A stretch of 64,000 nucleotides of DNA. It comes from the human T2T-CHM13v2.0 reference genome, Homo sapiens. Below the pieces are notes generated by a model. That model made no database searches. It saw only the letters and a program-made list of their open reading frames with translations, and was not told the DNA's origin. Below, piece by piece: positions 28,386 to 43,565 of the stretch. The translations under genes were made by a program, and so were the position numbers. Each line of letters starts with the position of its first letter. Position 1 is the stretch's first letter. The stretch lies in NCBI RefSeq assembly GCF_009914755.1, contig NC_060937.1; one strand, written 5' to 3'.

Positions 28386-29201
28386 GAGGATGCGGTGGCC
28401 ACGGCTGCCTGGCACCCCCAGGCCATGGCCAGGAGACCCTCGGGCGGCGCAGGTGCCGGAAGCAGCGCCATCCGTGCTATGGACGGGTCCCCCCAATTGG
28501 CAGCGGTCTCGGGGGTGAGCCAGAGGATGGGGTGACTGAGAGGTGGCCGATGTGGGGATGGTGGTTTTCAAATAGAGGCGAGATCGGAGCAGGAGCTGGG
28601 AACCAAACCAGAAGGTTTTCAGGACGTGGTTAGACTTTGAAGCGGCCTAAGGCTGTGGCACATCTGACCCACTTTCTCACCAACATTGCGGTGGCTTCTT
28701 AGTAAGGAACGGGCTGAAAGGGGTAAGGGAAAGGGTGGGGGCAGGGCACTGGGAAACCACCATTGCCAACATCCAGGCCAGGCAGGGGCGGCAGGGGCTG
28801 GGCCAGGGCGCAGGGGACCCGACTCTTGCTGCGGCCGCTGGGAAGAGGGAATTGCCATAGAGCCAGAACAGGAGGCGCTGGGGCGGGGCTCTGCTGTGGG
28901 GCGGGGTGCTCAGTTTGGGACAGTGTTGACACTTTTGGAGATCATCAGCCATCCCAGTAGGTGACTCCAGGAGGCCACTGGATATACAGCTCTGGGAACA
29001 AAAAACGGAATCATCAGCCTATTTACAACTCTGGAATGGATGAGATGGCTGTGACGACTGGCAGCAGCTGCGCCTGAGCCCTCAGCACCTGCAGGGTCCC
29101 ATGGGAGGTGAGGGCTGTAAGGGAGCAAGCAACTCCTCTCCCTGGAGCAGGCGGGCAGGGAGAACAGACCGCCACTGTGCTGCTCTCAAAACCAAGTGCA
29201 T

Positions 29202-29559
<358 letters not shown>

Positions 29560-32500
29560 TCAAACCTATGTGATTGAAACATTTGCATAGAAAGAGAGAG
29601 AGAGAGAAAGGATGGGAGAAGAAAATATAAACTAAATAACTCTCCTTTTTCTTTGCTGGCTTGTGTGTTTGCATTTATGAACACCAACATGAAATTTTAA
29701 ACCTTAAATCTAGTATAAAAATATGGAACAGCCAGCTTCCTAGAGTGAGGGCACCATTCTGTGTTTGCTGCCGGTGGACCTAGTGTGGGTTTTGGCGCCA
29801 ATGTCCTTTTCTGCTAAAACAACTTGGCCTCTTGGAAGGAAACTTGGACTCTGTTGCCCTGACTCAAACTGTTGTTTCATTTCTTATGATGTCTCCTCAT
29901 GTTAAAAAAAAAAAGAATGTGGACATTATGGGTTTAAACATAATTTTGAATGAATGAGGAAATTCTGGTAGAGGGTTTGTCATAATGCAGTATCAATTGG
30001 TTAGGTCTTCTAAAGAAACATGTAGGGTTCTCTTAGGAACTGGTTCATTAAATCTAAAAGGCAAAAAAATTAAAACACACTTTTGATATATTTGTTGGAG
30101 TTACATATAACCATATCTTTCAAGAGCAGATGTGCCAAAATATACACAACAGAGTGTAGCTGGGTGACCCGAACTGACCACGAAAGTCATTTATCAAAAT
30201 TCAAAGTTAGTTCCCCACAGGCCTGAATTTTCAGACCTACACACAATTCCACAAACAAATGATGGTAAAGTCCCAAACACCACATTCTTGGAGGGATCCA
30301 ATGCTATTGGCACTGATGCTTTAATCAGAAAGAGGCTCAAACCCACTGGAGTTAAGCTCTCTGAAAGTCTTTGCTCCTTGGCAACCACGAGCAAACCTCT
30401 ACAGCTGACTTTTTTAGAGTATTTTTTACATTTTTAAAAGGATTATTTCTGAATTATAAAACCACCGTTACCACCTTATTCTTGTAACTCTAACTTATTA
30501 TTTTGAGTCAATTTATAAAACTTGATTCATGAGAGTCAAGATTCAGGGTAGGCCAGACAGTCACTCATTCCTACCCTCAAAGAGCATACACTCAAATAGA
30601 GAATGAAACACGTGCCCCAAGTCAGAGGTAAATATTATAAGCAAAAGCCAAAGTGTTCTGGGTCAAACACTTTTTGGGGGGTCAGTGAGGTCTTCATGCA
30701 GGGGTAACAGTGGAGAAAGGCCTTCAAGGATGGGGAAGATTTTCCCAGGCAGAGTTAAGAACAAAGAGAAAGCAGTTTGCCAGGAGACAGGGAAGCAAGT
30801 GTGCAGGGAGTGAATTTGAGGCCTTCCTAACTCTGGGTGTGACAGCAGAGGGGACCTGCCCATGAGCTGTCCGAGATGCAGCCAAAGGTTTCACCGCCCA
30901 CGTGATAAGGGGCTAGAACACTGAAGTGTAGAATTTGGACTTTATTCAGTAAGAACGGGGAAGTACTGGGGGTCCCTGAGTAGAGAAGTGGGATCCTGCA
31001 AGCTGAGCATCACAATGATTCGTCAGGTGATGTCTCAGAGTTTCTCTGAATGGCACATAAACCAGAGACAGGAAGGTGAGTCCAGCCGTTTCTGTGGCCC
31101 AGCAAGAAGTAACAAGTAATAAGTAAAGTGCTATCAGTGGGAATGGCAAGGGAGGGGCGGTTACAAGTCACATTTCAGACAGGAGTTGATTGGATGTGGG
31201 GAGGGCCCAAGGATGTGGGGAGGGAGCTGTCAGAAATAAGTGGCCCTCTAAATTTTAGCCCCAGTGACTTAGAGAAAATGGTCAAGAGATGGAATTGGTT
31301 TTCAGGGAAGACACTGATCCATTCTGGACATGTTGAATTTAAGATGCCATTAGGAAAACCAAATTAAGGCACCTTGCAGGGAAATTGCACATGTAACATC
31401 CTGGCTTCTGGGATTTGAGAGGTGGCTGCAAAGAGAGAAAGGCAGTAAGGGATCTCCAGAGAAGGAGATCACACAGGAAGGAAGTGAGGGATGGGAAGTC
31501 ATTGTTGGGAAGTTGAGGGTCAAGGACATTTAGAGAGCAGAGGGAGAAAGAAGGGGTGGCCATTGCACTAGCCAAAGAAAATGTTCAGCCACTCGCCCTG
31601 CAGGGAAGGCGAGGGGCAGGGTGGCTGCGCATAGATGTGGAATTAGCCGGACTCAGGGTGAAGCCATGATTCTGCTAGTGTGGTCTTGTAACCTGGGACA
31701 TCTATCTGAGCGCCCTGTCAGCGCTTCTCTGCATTGTAAATGGGAGTTGTTGCAAGGGTGAAATAAGACGTAAGGTGTTTGGTGCAAGGTCTTGTGACAA
31801 CTAGCACTAAGGAATGGTGCCTATGACCTTTATTAGGCAGGAAGGAGTCAACAGAGTGAGCTGCTGCTGCAGGGGGTTGGGAGCTCTTGCAACGGTGGCA
31901 TCGAGAAGGTTGTCAACACAGCCCTGTCAACGGCTGAGGGTGGCAGAGTCCATATTGCAAAGGAGCACGGCATAAGTGGCGAGGCAAGAAGTAGATGGAT
32001 GTTCTATTTTTTCCTTTCTCTATCTGGACAAAGGTCTTTTTCCTTCCAAGGTGTAGCTGGATTTTCTCTCTATAGAGCTTCCCTGGGGCGGTTCCATTTT
32101 CTAGTGTCTCCATGAGTCTTTGTTCTTTATATGAGGTCCCAATGATGCCATCCACTCATTTGCTTTCTCACAGGCATGTTTTCCACCAGCCACCCACGCT
32201 GATTAGCTTGAGAGTGACTCAAGGCAGGAACGATGCCCTTGTCGTAGAACAGCCTCTGATCGAGTGCTTGCTGAACAGCTGGCTAGCTCTGAGCATGAAG
32301 CAAAATGCAGGAAGCTGGGGTGTGTGAGGAGGAGCAGGGACAGCTTAAAGAAGAGAGGAGGGAGAGGAGGGGGACTCCTGCTTGGGGCACCCCACCTCCT
32401 GGATATGAGATCACTTGTGTGGAGCAGGCCTAGTAGCAGGTAAGTGGGCCGAAGGGGAGGGAGTGAAAAAGTCCATGTATTGAGTCACCTGAGGTGTCAT

Positions 32501-32819
32501 TTAAACAGACAGGAATAACAAAACATCAATGGGACCTAAGTTGAGATTAGAATTACCGACTTGACTTGTAGTGTCACCTGCCACCCAGGGTGAGGAATGT
32601 CCCTTACCACAAGGTCACCTGGGGTCTGAGATTTGAAATCTGTCAGCCTTTCTGGGCTGGTCTCTTGCCTCAGTTTATGCTCACACAGCTGCCTCAGGAT
32701 CAGTGTGGACAGAAAGGTACGTGAGACTGTGCAACGGAGATGGGCTGGGAGAATGAGGAAGAGGGGAGGGACAGGAGGTGTCCATCACCTGGACACGGGA
32801 CTGAACAACCACACAACCT

Positions 32820-33150
32820 CATGGCGGACACCAGCACACCTTGACCTTTGCTCATAAGTCTGTGAGTCGGGATGGGGGGCTGGCGACGGCTCATCCTGCT
32901 GGGCTTCCTACGTGTCTGAGACAACCGGATGGACTGGTGCCGGCTCCGTGTGGTCTCTCTTCATCTCGCAGATTTGCCTGGGCTTGTTTCCCAGCAGACA
33001 GCTTCTGAGGATAGGTTTGGGACGGGCACCTGCCACTTCCTCCACATTCCATTGGCCACAGTGAGTTGCAAGGCTGGCCAGACTCAGGAGTGCAGAGAAA
33101 TACCCTCTACTTCCAGATGAGAAGAGCCACAAAGTGACATCACCGCAGGC
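32820..33150 (-). mobile_element. Old MLT1 (H/I/J-like) LTR fragment
   Basis: cacttcctccacattccattggccacag...gccagactcaggag...gagccacaaagtgacat motif typical of MLT1. Confidence 0.55.
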
Positions 33151-33473
33151 TGGATGCAGGGCAGGGCAAGACAGCGGAACGCGTGGGCTGTTTTGACAGT
33201 CAGTCTACCCCAGGATGCTCCAGGAAGGGGAAAAGGACAAGGAAGAGGGGCGCTGTGGCCAAGCAGGGGAACTTCTGTGTTCAAAATCTTGGAGATGGAT
33301 CACTTTCAGTTCCCGATAAGGCTTAGTGTATGGCCCTGAGACTTGCCGTTTGATACTATAATCTGTCATATACAATGTAACTTAGTGAATTGGGTAAAGG
33401 ATCTTCAGGGTTTATTTTGAATGGTTGTCATTTATTATAAAATTAATTTATTTTATAATAATTTTATCTAATT

Positions 33474-33763
33474 GGCTGGGCATGGTGGCTCAAACCTGTA
33501 ATCTCAGCACTTTGTGAGAGCAGATTGCTTGAACCCAGGATCTTGAGACCAGCATGAGCAACATAGCAAGACCTCATCTCTACTAAAAAAAAAAATCCAA
33601 AAAATTAGCCAGGCGTGGTGCCATGTGCCTGTAGTCCCAGCTACCTGGGAGGCTGAGGTGGAAGGATCGCTTGAGCCCAGGAGGTCAAGGCTGCAATAAG
33701 GTATGATCATGCCACTGCACTCCAGCATGGGCAACAGAGCAAGACCCTGTCTCCAAATAATAA
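33474..33763 (+). mobile_element. AluJ
   Basis: ggatcgcttgagcccaggaggtcaaggctgca J-type diagnostic sequence. Confidence 0.9.
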
Positions 33764-34057
33764 TTTGATATCAATTTGTAATAATTTATTTTAAAAGAAT
33801 TGTATGAAGGACCCATGCCTTGGGGCACAGGGGCACTGATAGAAGGTAGGTGATCAGTATAGATATTTGCTGCATTAATCTAATTCAGTCACCTGTGAGA
33901 TGATTCAGGTAGAAGGAAAGTGAGGCCCCGAGAGGTCAAATGTTTGCTGAGTCCCACACAGGTGAACACACTTTTCTCCTGGATCCTAGTCTACCCCACC
34001 TTCTTTTCTCCTTTTGAAAATTAATGTTTTGTAAGTGATTAAAAAGAAAAATGATCG

Positions 34058-34407
<350 letters not shown>

Positions 34408-36721
34408 TTAATCCAAGTCTATCCCCAAAAGGATTATGCCTACTGTACTATATTATACGGCATGAAATAGATGATCCTGTAACATAAGGGATCAGATTCT
34501 ATGCCAACTTCTAACACTGTGGCTTAAGAAGTCAGACCCAAGAATGTTGTTCAATTATTTTATCATTAGCCTAATTTATTTCCACCCTGGATTTTTCCAT
34601 GATAACTAATTCCACACTTCCTCTGGATCCCCTCTTTCAGTTTCAGGATTCAGGAATGGCTTCGGGGAAAGAGCCCTTATGTTTTTGCTTTCAATCCACT
34701 TGTGTTTCCCTTTGTCAAGAGACAAATGGGAACTGCACCCCCAAACTGCATGATGTTCTTGGCAGAGAAAATCCCCAGACCACAGAGGAGTGGTATCTGC
34801 AGAAGATAGAACGAGAGGAAGCAGCTCAAAGACAAGGTTCCAGAATGAGCTTGCACCATGGGATGCAGCCAGTGGACAGTGACTGACCAGGAAACACCTG
34901 TGATGGCAAGCGGCAGTGACGAGCGAGTCAGAGGTGACCGTGCCGGAATTGAATGTGCGAGCACTGCTGTTATAAAGGAAAAGAGGAAAGTGCAGGCAAG
35001 GACTTTTATTCTCATGTGCTGATTATACCAATTCATATAGATGACGTCTGTGTGGGCATTCAGATGGGCATTTTCAGTTCAAATGATTGTGTGAACATGA
35101 ATCGCCTAATCAAAATTAGATCTTTATTTTCTCCTTTCCCAGTCGTACCCTCAGCCCAACAACATTTAAAGGTGAATGGATGTGCAATATTGGCACGAAT
35201 GGACGTGACACACAGTAGGCCTTTGTGCACCCTGGAAGGGAGGGCAGATTCTGCTTCAAGTGTGCTGGAAGACATGGGAGGGATCTGAACTGGCTGACGC
35301 TGCACTGTAGTAGGGAGAATGGAGTGGAATGAGGGGAAGGATGCCAGGGGGAGGCCACTTAGGAGGCTGCTGTGTAGCCCAAGCAAGAAAGGATGGCGAC
35401 TTTTCTATCAGGGGAAGGGATGAGAGGAGGTTGGACTGAGACCGGGATATGCTCTGAGGTCAAGGCGACAGAGTTGCTGAAGGATGGAATGTGGGCTGTG
35501 AGATGGAGGAGTCCTGGCGAGTGCTCGGCTGGTTGGCCTGAGTGTGTGGACGGCTGGTGGTGCCGTTTATCGGTGCAGAGAAGGCTGGTGGGAGGGCACC
35601 TTAGGGGTGGGCTGGGTGGGTCTGTTCAGGAAAGACCACGCTTTGATCATGTTGGTTTTGAGGCATGTGCAGGCTAGGCATGTGGAGATGCAGAGTGGAT
35701 TTGAGTGCCATCGGCATGCAGATGGACTCAGGCCATGCGATCTTGTGAGATGCCAGCCCAGGTCTTGTTCGGAAGAGGCAGAGTATGTTTGGCTGCAATG
35801 GCTGAGTGGGGCTTAGATTCAGCAGGAGGAGCAGGCCGTGGCAGGGTGAGACCTTCTGTTTGAGAAGCTAGGCATGGGGCATCCATGGCACAGCCCTGGG
35901 AGTTGCCGCGCAGGCAGCAGTGGATGTGAGGGTGGAAGTCAAAGTTGAGGATGTAGATGAGGGAGCTGAAGTCATGGGGGGATGAGGGCACCTGGGGAAG
36001 GGGTGTCAAGCAAGAGAGCGGTGCACAGATGAGAACTCTGACCTTTATGAGATGGGAGACAAACGTGCGGATGAAAGGTGCGGTGTCACACAAACTCCAG
36101 TCGAGAGGCAATAAATATCTCACATCTCAGCTGCATCGTCCTTTCTAACCAAGCATGGAAATTCTGTCTGGCAAGCCGTCAGGTACATTTGCAGAAAAGG
36201 AGAAGGAAAGTCATTGAGGGCCACACTGGAGTGAGACAGGATCAGCAGGAAGGGAAAGAATCAAGACCATGATGTTTACATGACTTCTGGTTACTTCTCC
36301 CCAAGCTCCAGAAGGCAAATCTTGCATGGACCTCTGGCATGCATGGGTGGCTGCAGAGAGGCCTAGAGAAGAGGCATTCATTTGGGGTGAGGCTCCTCCT
36401 CTCTTTCAGGGATTTTACAGGGATCCTTCCAGCCAGTGGGTCTGTGCTGGATCCTCCACCAGACACCCCTAGTCAGGGCGGAGGCCCTCAGCACTCCAGC
36501 CTCAGAGCCCAGACAGTTCTGGTTCCCAGCTCCCTTCCTGCCATGTCTGTGAGTCCATCCTCCTGTTCCACCTCAGGACTTGTAAGGCGTATTACTGTGC
36601 CCCCTGGGTAAGGCAGAGTTTGAGGAAGAACGAATAAGGTGAGGGCCACTGACTTTCAGGATTTAGCTCCTCTTCTCAACATGCATTTCCTGTCTACTGT
36701 CTGCTTCACATCACCCACCCC

Positions 36722-37460
<739 letters not shown>

Positions 37461-38284
37461 AAGAAAGAGGAAAGGAAGAGAGAGAGGAAGGAGAAGGGGA
37501 AGAGGAAGGAAAGAAGGAAAAGCAGTATCATATATTATTTAATGACACTTCACCCAAGGTTTTCCAAATAAAAACATCCAAAGAAACTAGACAACAAGCA
37601 TCCTTACCTTTCAATAAAGGACTCACTTGACAATTTTAGGTATGTGCCAAAGCACCAAAGCAAATTGTTGATGTTCAGCTTAGTAACTGACATGGCTTCA
37701 ATACCTACCCGGCATGGTGCTTCGCTCACTCTTTAAAGACTACCTTTATGCACTTTTACTATTTCACTGCCACGCTAAACATCTAAGCGATCATATCCTT
37801 ATGCCTACTGATTATGAAGTCCATGACATTCAACAACATCAACCCTTTGCCCACTGCCCCACCCGACTTGAACCAAGTTTTCCCAAGTTCAATTCCTGGG
37901 GCCTTTGATAGTTTCATGCCTTCTCCACGTGCCAGAGACAGAGAAGAGTGAGCTCTATCGTTTTTGGGGGTCTACTAGTTTTGCCTTTATTATTTAGACA
38001 GCTTCAGGTCAGCTTCTTCCTTGTATACCAGTCACAAGTGGGTTTTTATTTTACAAAGAAAACATAGAAGTTATCATTTTCTAGAAAAAGGTACAATAAC
38101 TATTTCAAGACATATTTTAGATATACTTACAGGCACACCTTGGAGCAGTTCAATAATTAAAAATTTCATCTGTCTGCCTGACCGCCAATGCAAAGGAAAC
38201 ATAATTAAAAGTTTTTTTGTTTCTTCTCCAAGATAATAGTTTATAAAGTAGCTTAATGAAACACTGAAAATCCAGAATGGAAGA

Positions 38285-38540
38285 GGACGTGTGAAATCCC
38301 CTTTCCGGTGTGAACTTATTCTTAAACAATCAAATGAAAGTGCCCGTCAGCCTTTGCAAGATGCTAACCATCTGGCCCCTGCATCCTGTCTGAGTCACCC
38401 GATAAATAGCTGCAGGTTGTTTTAAGCACACTGCGCCCTGCACAAGCTGTTTTGCTCTGCTACTCACTGCCCTTAGGTGCAGATATTTACACCCGGGGTT
38501 GAGCATATTTTCAGCCACACCTGGATGCCTCGAGGTAATT
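38285..38540. promoter_or_regulatory. Putative enhancer (AP-1, forkhead, NF-kB-like, E-box and GATA motifs)
   Basis: gtgaaatcccc, taaacaa, TGAGTCA (38391-38397), gataa, tatttac and cacctg within ~250 bp of unique sequence. Confidence 0.4.
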
Positions 38541-38999
38541 AGGAGGAAACTTTTAGCGGAAAGGAAACAGCATACCTTTGAGTAGCCCGATTGTGTATGC
38601 AGGAGAAAGGTTAAGTAGGAAGAGAGGGGAGTTCTCTCCTGAATTGAGTAGCTTTGCTTCCTATTGGAAAAGTGTGCAAATGAAAGGAAGTAGAAATGCT
38701 AAAAAGCTCTGTGACTGCCTCCTGCTGTATTCAATTAGCCTTCCAGAGGATGCCAGAAGGAAGGCTCAATTACCAGAGCGGCTCCAGGACTTAAGAGAAG
38801 GCTGGAGGGCAAACCAAAGGGGCTGCCATCTTGCAGACCTGGTGTGAGACCAAGGCGGGGCAGCTGTGTGATTGGATTATACACGGGAACCTTACTTTAG
38901 TTTCTATTGCATGGCCAGAGCTATGCATGCCACCTTTTGCATGGAGTCTTGAAAAGTCACCTAATTTTAATAAAGCAGAAGGGGAAAGCGATAAGAAGA

Positions 39000-40730
39000 G
39001 GGAGAGTGCATCTCTCTGAAATGCCTAAGCATCGGCCTTGCGGGAACCGGCCTCATCGAGGAGCAGGGCCACCACCGTTGGAGCATCGGAGGAGCATCGG
39101 AGGAGCCCTAGCTCTGGCCTCTTGGCTGGACGTCACTGTTTCAGGCCGAGCAGATAAAAGCAGAAGGCATTGACCGTGAGCCAAGAGCTCAGTGTTTTCA
39201 GAAAATGGACTGGACGGGAGGAAAGAGTGTGAGTGTGCTTTGAGAGCAATAAACAAACTATTGGCTGCCGGCCAGGGAGGAGTGTGCTGACATCTTCAAG
39301 CGGATCCTCGAAAGCTCCACAGAGCGGCTGAGGAAGCCTCCTTAGGGCTGTGGATGGGGTGGCGGGGCAAGGGCTGCCGTGGCGCCATGCAGCAGTGGGC
39401 ATCGGGCCTCAGCCACACCCAGCAGGGAGGCCAACAGCAGAATCCCAGGCAAACGCCCCTAGGGTTCGCCCCTCATGCCTCCACTCCCTGGCCTGGCTCT
39501 CTGAAGGGCAGGGCGGTGGAGGAGAAGCAGAGCCAGGCGGTGCCCTCCGCCAGCTCTAGCTCAAAGGCTGCTGGGGCTGACGGGTGGAGCTTGTGTAGAC
39601 GAAGCCCCTTACCCTGGAAGTGAAGGTTATGGGGTTTCCTGGAGGGAGGGCACTGGGCCTCGCTCTTAACTGAGGCTTCCCGTCCCCCGAGGGAGGGTGA
39701 TGAAGGGTGTCCAGACACATCCACGGGGACAAAGGAGGTTGGCAAGGCTGACCGCAGGAGTTTCTCCTCTAATGCCTTTCAAATGAACAGGTCTGTGTCG
39801 CTGCTCCGGGAGCGCCTGCGCTCACATACCCCGCGGTGCACAGTTACCAACCAGATCCTACCACGCCACTGCGGACATCGCGGTTTCCGGGAAGTCTCTG
39901 GCCTTCGTATGAAAAGACAGCCCGACAGGTTGAATTCTTTAAAACCTTATCTTTGGTTATTTTAATAGGATATGACAATCTCCTCTCCTCAGCATGTCGA
40001 TAAATGTTTATTGCCCTTTACTGTGTGAGAGCAGGGGTCCTGCCGCCGCTTGTTTTTATTTTCTTTTAGACGGCGTGAACATTTTTAGCACGTGTAACCA
40101 ATGATGGTAATTAAGATTATAATAATGCTGATGCCAACATTTATATCAGTGGATACAGAAAATACACAGCCTGATTATTTTTTATTACTCGTACCCATAA
40201 AATTAAAGATCTTAAACATGGGATGGAGGGTGCATCCGCATCAAGATTTTGTTAGCATGAGACCGAACCCATTCAGCCACGGCCTTCATCAGAAGCCTTT
40301 TGAGTGATGAGACAGTGATGAGATAGCTCGCGTTATCCTGCAGCACAGAGCTGCGCCTGGTCACGGCAGGGTGCACCGGCTCTCGGGCTTCAGACAACAG
40401 CTTATCAGTACCTTGCCCGTGTGCAAGGACAGTACTCCTTGATGCCCTGAAACCTCCGCTCCTACTAACTGTCCTTGGACACGTCGGCATACAGAGAATC
40501 AATCGTACTCTCAGCAGTGGTTTCTGCAGCAACTCTGGGTCATGGAAGAAGCCAAGTGCATTGTTGAAACAGCAGAGCCCAGGCAGTGCCCCGATAGAAA
40601 CCAGGTATTGAGTGCTTGCACCCGTTCCTGTGCAGGCGGGCGTCACGCACACCTTCTGCTGGAAGACACACTGTCTACGTGAACGCCCAGCCTCCCTGTG
40701 CCCTGCCTTGTCTTGTGGAATATGTCGGCA
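39000..40730. promoter_or_regulatory. CpG-enriched orphan region with NRF1-like and STAT (GAS) motifs
   Basis: Visibly more CpG than the flanks; GCGCCTGCGC at 39812-39821; TTCCGGGAA at 39885-39893. Confidence 0.45.
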
Positions 40731-43565
40731 CCCCCAAAGAATACACCTTCAAAGCCAAAGGGGAGTTTCTGTCTGTCTGCTTCACACTGTCCTTCCTCCT
40801 CTCCCACCCCTTCTCTGTGTGAAGAAGTAAAGCAAAGCTCTTAATGATCACCCTTAAATGGCAAGACTTTGATAGACTGTTTCTATAATAGGTTCTCATT
40901 GAAACATGGGAGTTCTAAATAGAGAACTGTTAAAAAGTGGAATGAGAGATGAGGGACCGAGTCGTGGCCCTCCTTCCTGGTCTCCACCATGTCAAGTATG
41001 CCTCCACCCCGGGGCCTTTGCACCTGCTGCGCTGCTCTTCCTTCAGGTCCCCACAGTAGGCCCTTTGGGAACTCTGATCAAGTGTTGCCTTCTCCGAGAG
41101 GCCGCCTCTGACCATCCCCTGGAAACCAGCCTTCTCTCCCCCACGCCTGGGCTATTCCTCCCGGTTCTTATCTTCATCTTGTGTTTCATATTTGTTTTAC
41201 TTGCTGATCACCAGAAGAAGGCCTTATAAGTCCAGGCACTCAGGCTTCCTCTCCACTCGATCTCCAGTATCCAGAAGCATATCGGATGAGGAGGAGAATG
41301 CAATAGAAATTAGTCGCAGAAATCAATCATGGAGAAAGGAAATGTTCTCAGTGAGGTGTTTCAAATATGCAGCGTACAAGACTTAAGTGGAAGACTCACT
41401 TATAAAGTAGCTGACTCGCCCAGCAGAGGCACCCATTTTTATACTTTCCCCTTTCACCTTTCTTGTGGATAAAGCCAGTGTGATGGCTGGAGCTTCAGGA
41501 GCCACGTTGGACTATGAGGCACCTTGAAGACAGAAAGGTGTGCACTGAAAATGCTAAAGCTGAATGACGGTGGGAAGGTGGGTCCTGGGAAGTGATGGAA
41601 ACCCCGTGCCAGCCTTGGAATGCCCACATCTGTCTAGTTTCATCTGAGAGAATAAAACATTATATATGTTCCAGCCATTGTTGTTTTGGCTTTTCTGCTA
41701 TATATAGTTAAAGGTTTCCTATACATATATCAGAGAACCATTGGGATTCAATTTTAGTCACTTATTATAATTCAACGAATGCACTTTACTTCTCTGAGCA
41801 ATGTTATGCCTTCATAAAGCCAATAAAACAGCGTAATTGTTGAAGAAATTGTGCAAATATAGAATACAATCATTCAAGGCAACCTAGTCTCTTAGCCTGC
41901 GAGTGTTCTAGATGTATACAAGACAAATGCATTCATTCAAATATTCAACAAATATTTGTTGAGTACCTACTACTATGTGTCGTGTATTGTGTTAGGTTCA
42001 CTAAAACACAGTAGGAAAGAGCTGGAATTGGAATAAATGCTTTGAATTCTGACTCACTGCTTATTAGTTGTGACCCTGAGCAAGGTGTTTAACCTTTCTG
42101 AGCTTCAGTTTTCTTAATAGCACTTAGTTCTCAGAGGTGTGTGAATATGGAATGAGAGGTAGATAAATGTCTGAACAGAGTTGCTCAGCGGTTACAGTAA
42201 CACAGTTTTGCTAGCTACCATGTCTGCAATGTGATCCTTTCCATCAAGGAGCCCCCTCGTGGGAGAAACACAGATAAACAGATAATACAGTGAAACTTGG
42301 AAGGTGCCGTAACAGAAGGGTAAGCAGAGTGGTTTGAGAATCTGGAGAAGTGGGTCACTAGCTCTGTTTAGGTGAGTTGAAATCAGGTTGCATTATAGTC
42401 ATTGGAAGCATTCACTGGATATTTCCAGTTTTCCTTCTCCTGACACATGGTAGAGTTGTCTTGAAGAGTCAGTACAAGTCTCTAGATGAAGAAAGAGGTT
42501 TCAACACTCTAGGGCAAATGAAATTTTTATGCAAAGCCGAGTCATAAAAGGATTAAAATTTGGTGATAGGATCAGTGCAACTGTGACCAACGCTGGGTTC
42601 ATGGGGTGGTAGAAGGCAGAAGGTGAGTCTGGTTAGGTAGATAGGGTTGTATATTTAGGGCACCTTTGTGCAAGGTGAATTTCCCCAGAGTAATTTGAAC
42701 TTGAAAACCACTCATCAAAATCTCCTGATTCAATAAATAAGAAGGCTGGAGAAATGTCACAAACTTCTTTGGAAAGGCGTATGGGACCTAAGAGTGATCT
42801 ACATAGCCAATTTGTTGCTCATCTATAAAGACAACAGGCAAATTACCTCTCAAATATGAGAGAGCTCAGGGAACAGAGCATATTAAAAAGTGTCTGGAAA
42901 GAAGTTTTGAGTTGTTTGTTTTCAGTAACAAAATCCAAGCAATTAATAGATGGTTAAAAAATAAGCATGTTCAAAGAACGGGTGGCATGAAATGGATCAA
43001 TGTAAATGAAGGATAAGTATTTTAAACTCATAGGAATTACATTACAGAAAAAATGTATTTTTTTACCTTGAAAATGCAGAAAATAATGTAACTGACAAAT
43101 GTTAAGGTGGGGAAAAAGGAGAAAGGAGAGGTGAATGGAAATGAGATGATGAATGTCCTCAGATTTCAAAGGAAGAAGTGAAGCAATGCTGTATAGCATT
43201 TAAATGGTATTTTTAAAAATGCTTCTAACTTGTTGCATACCTTTCCTCAAGGGATCTTTTAGGAAATAGTAACTCTTGGTAGATAAACATTTGTTTTTAG
43301 GTTCAGCAATTCTTTGTCTTTTCATTTTATGTTCTCCTCCTTACTTGAGCTAGGTGCACTTTATGTGCTCTAGGAAGGCTTAGGTGCAGACACAGGGAGG
43401 GGTGGAGCGGGAGGGACAGGGCCTTGAAGATGTGTCTGGGGAATTAGGCAGAAGCCAGTTCATATAGTGCCTTATGTCTCAGGCCTACCACGTTCAGGAA
43501 CTTTGACTTTTCCTAAAAGATAATGGGTGAGTGGGGAGGAAGGAGAATTTGAATTATACATGCAT

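Noticed and set aside
28455-28485. Possible CTCF/YY1 site (cagcgccatccgtgct)
   Set aside because: Only the 3' half of the CTCF consensus matches; too weak to call.
27312-28633. Long overlapping ORFs (119-200 aa) on both strands
   Set aside because: They arise from the GC-rich LTR12 U3 and a G-rich tandem repeat that lack stop codons; the translations are low-complexity Pro/Gly/Arg.
40212-40652. 146-aa ORF in the CpG-enriched block
   Set aside because: Non-ATG start, no recognisable domain and no splice context.
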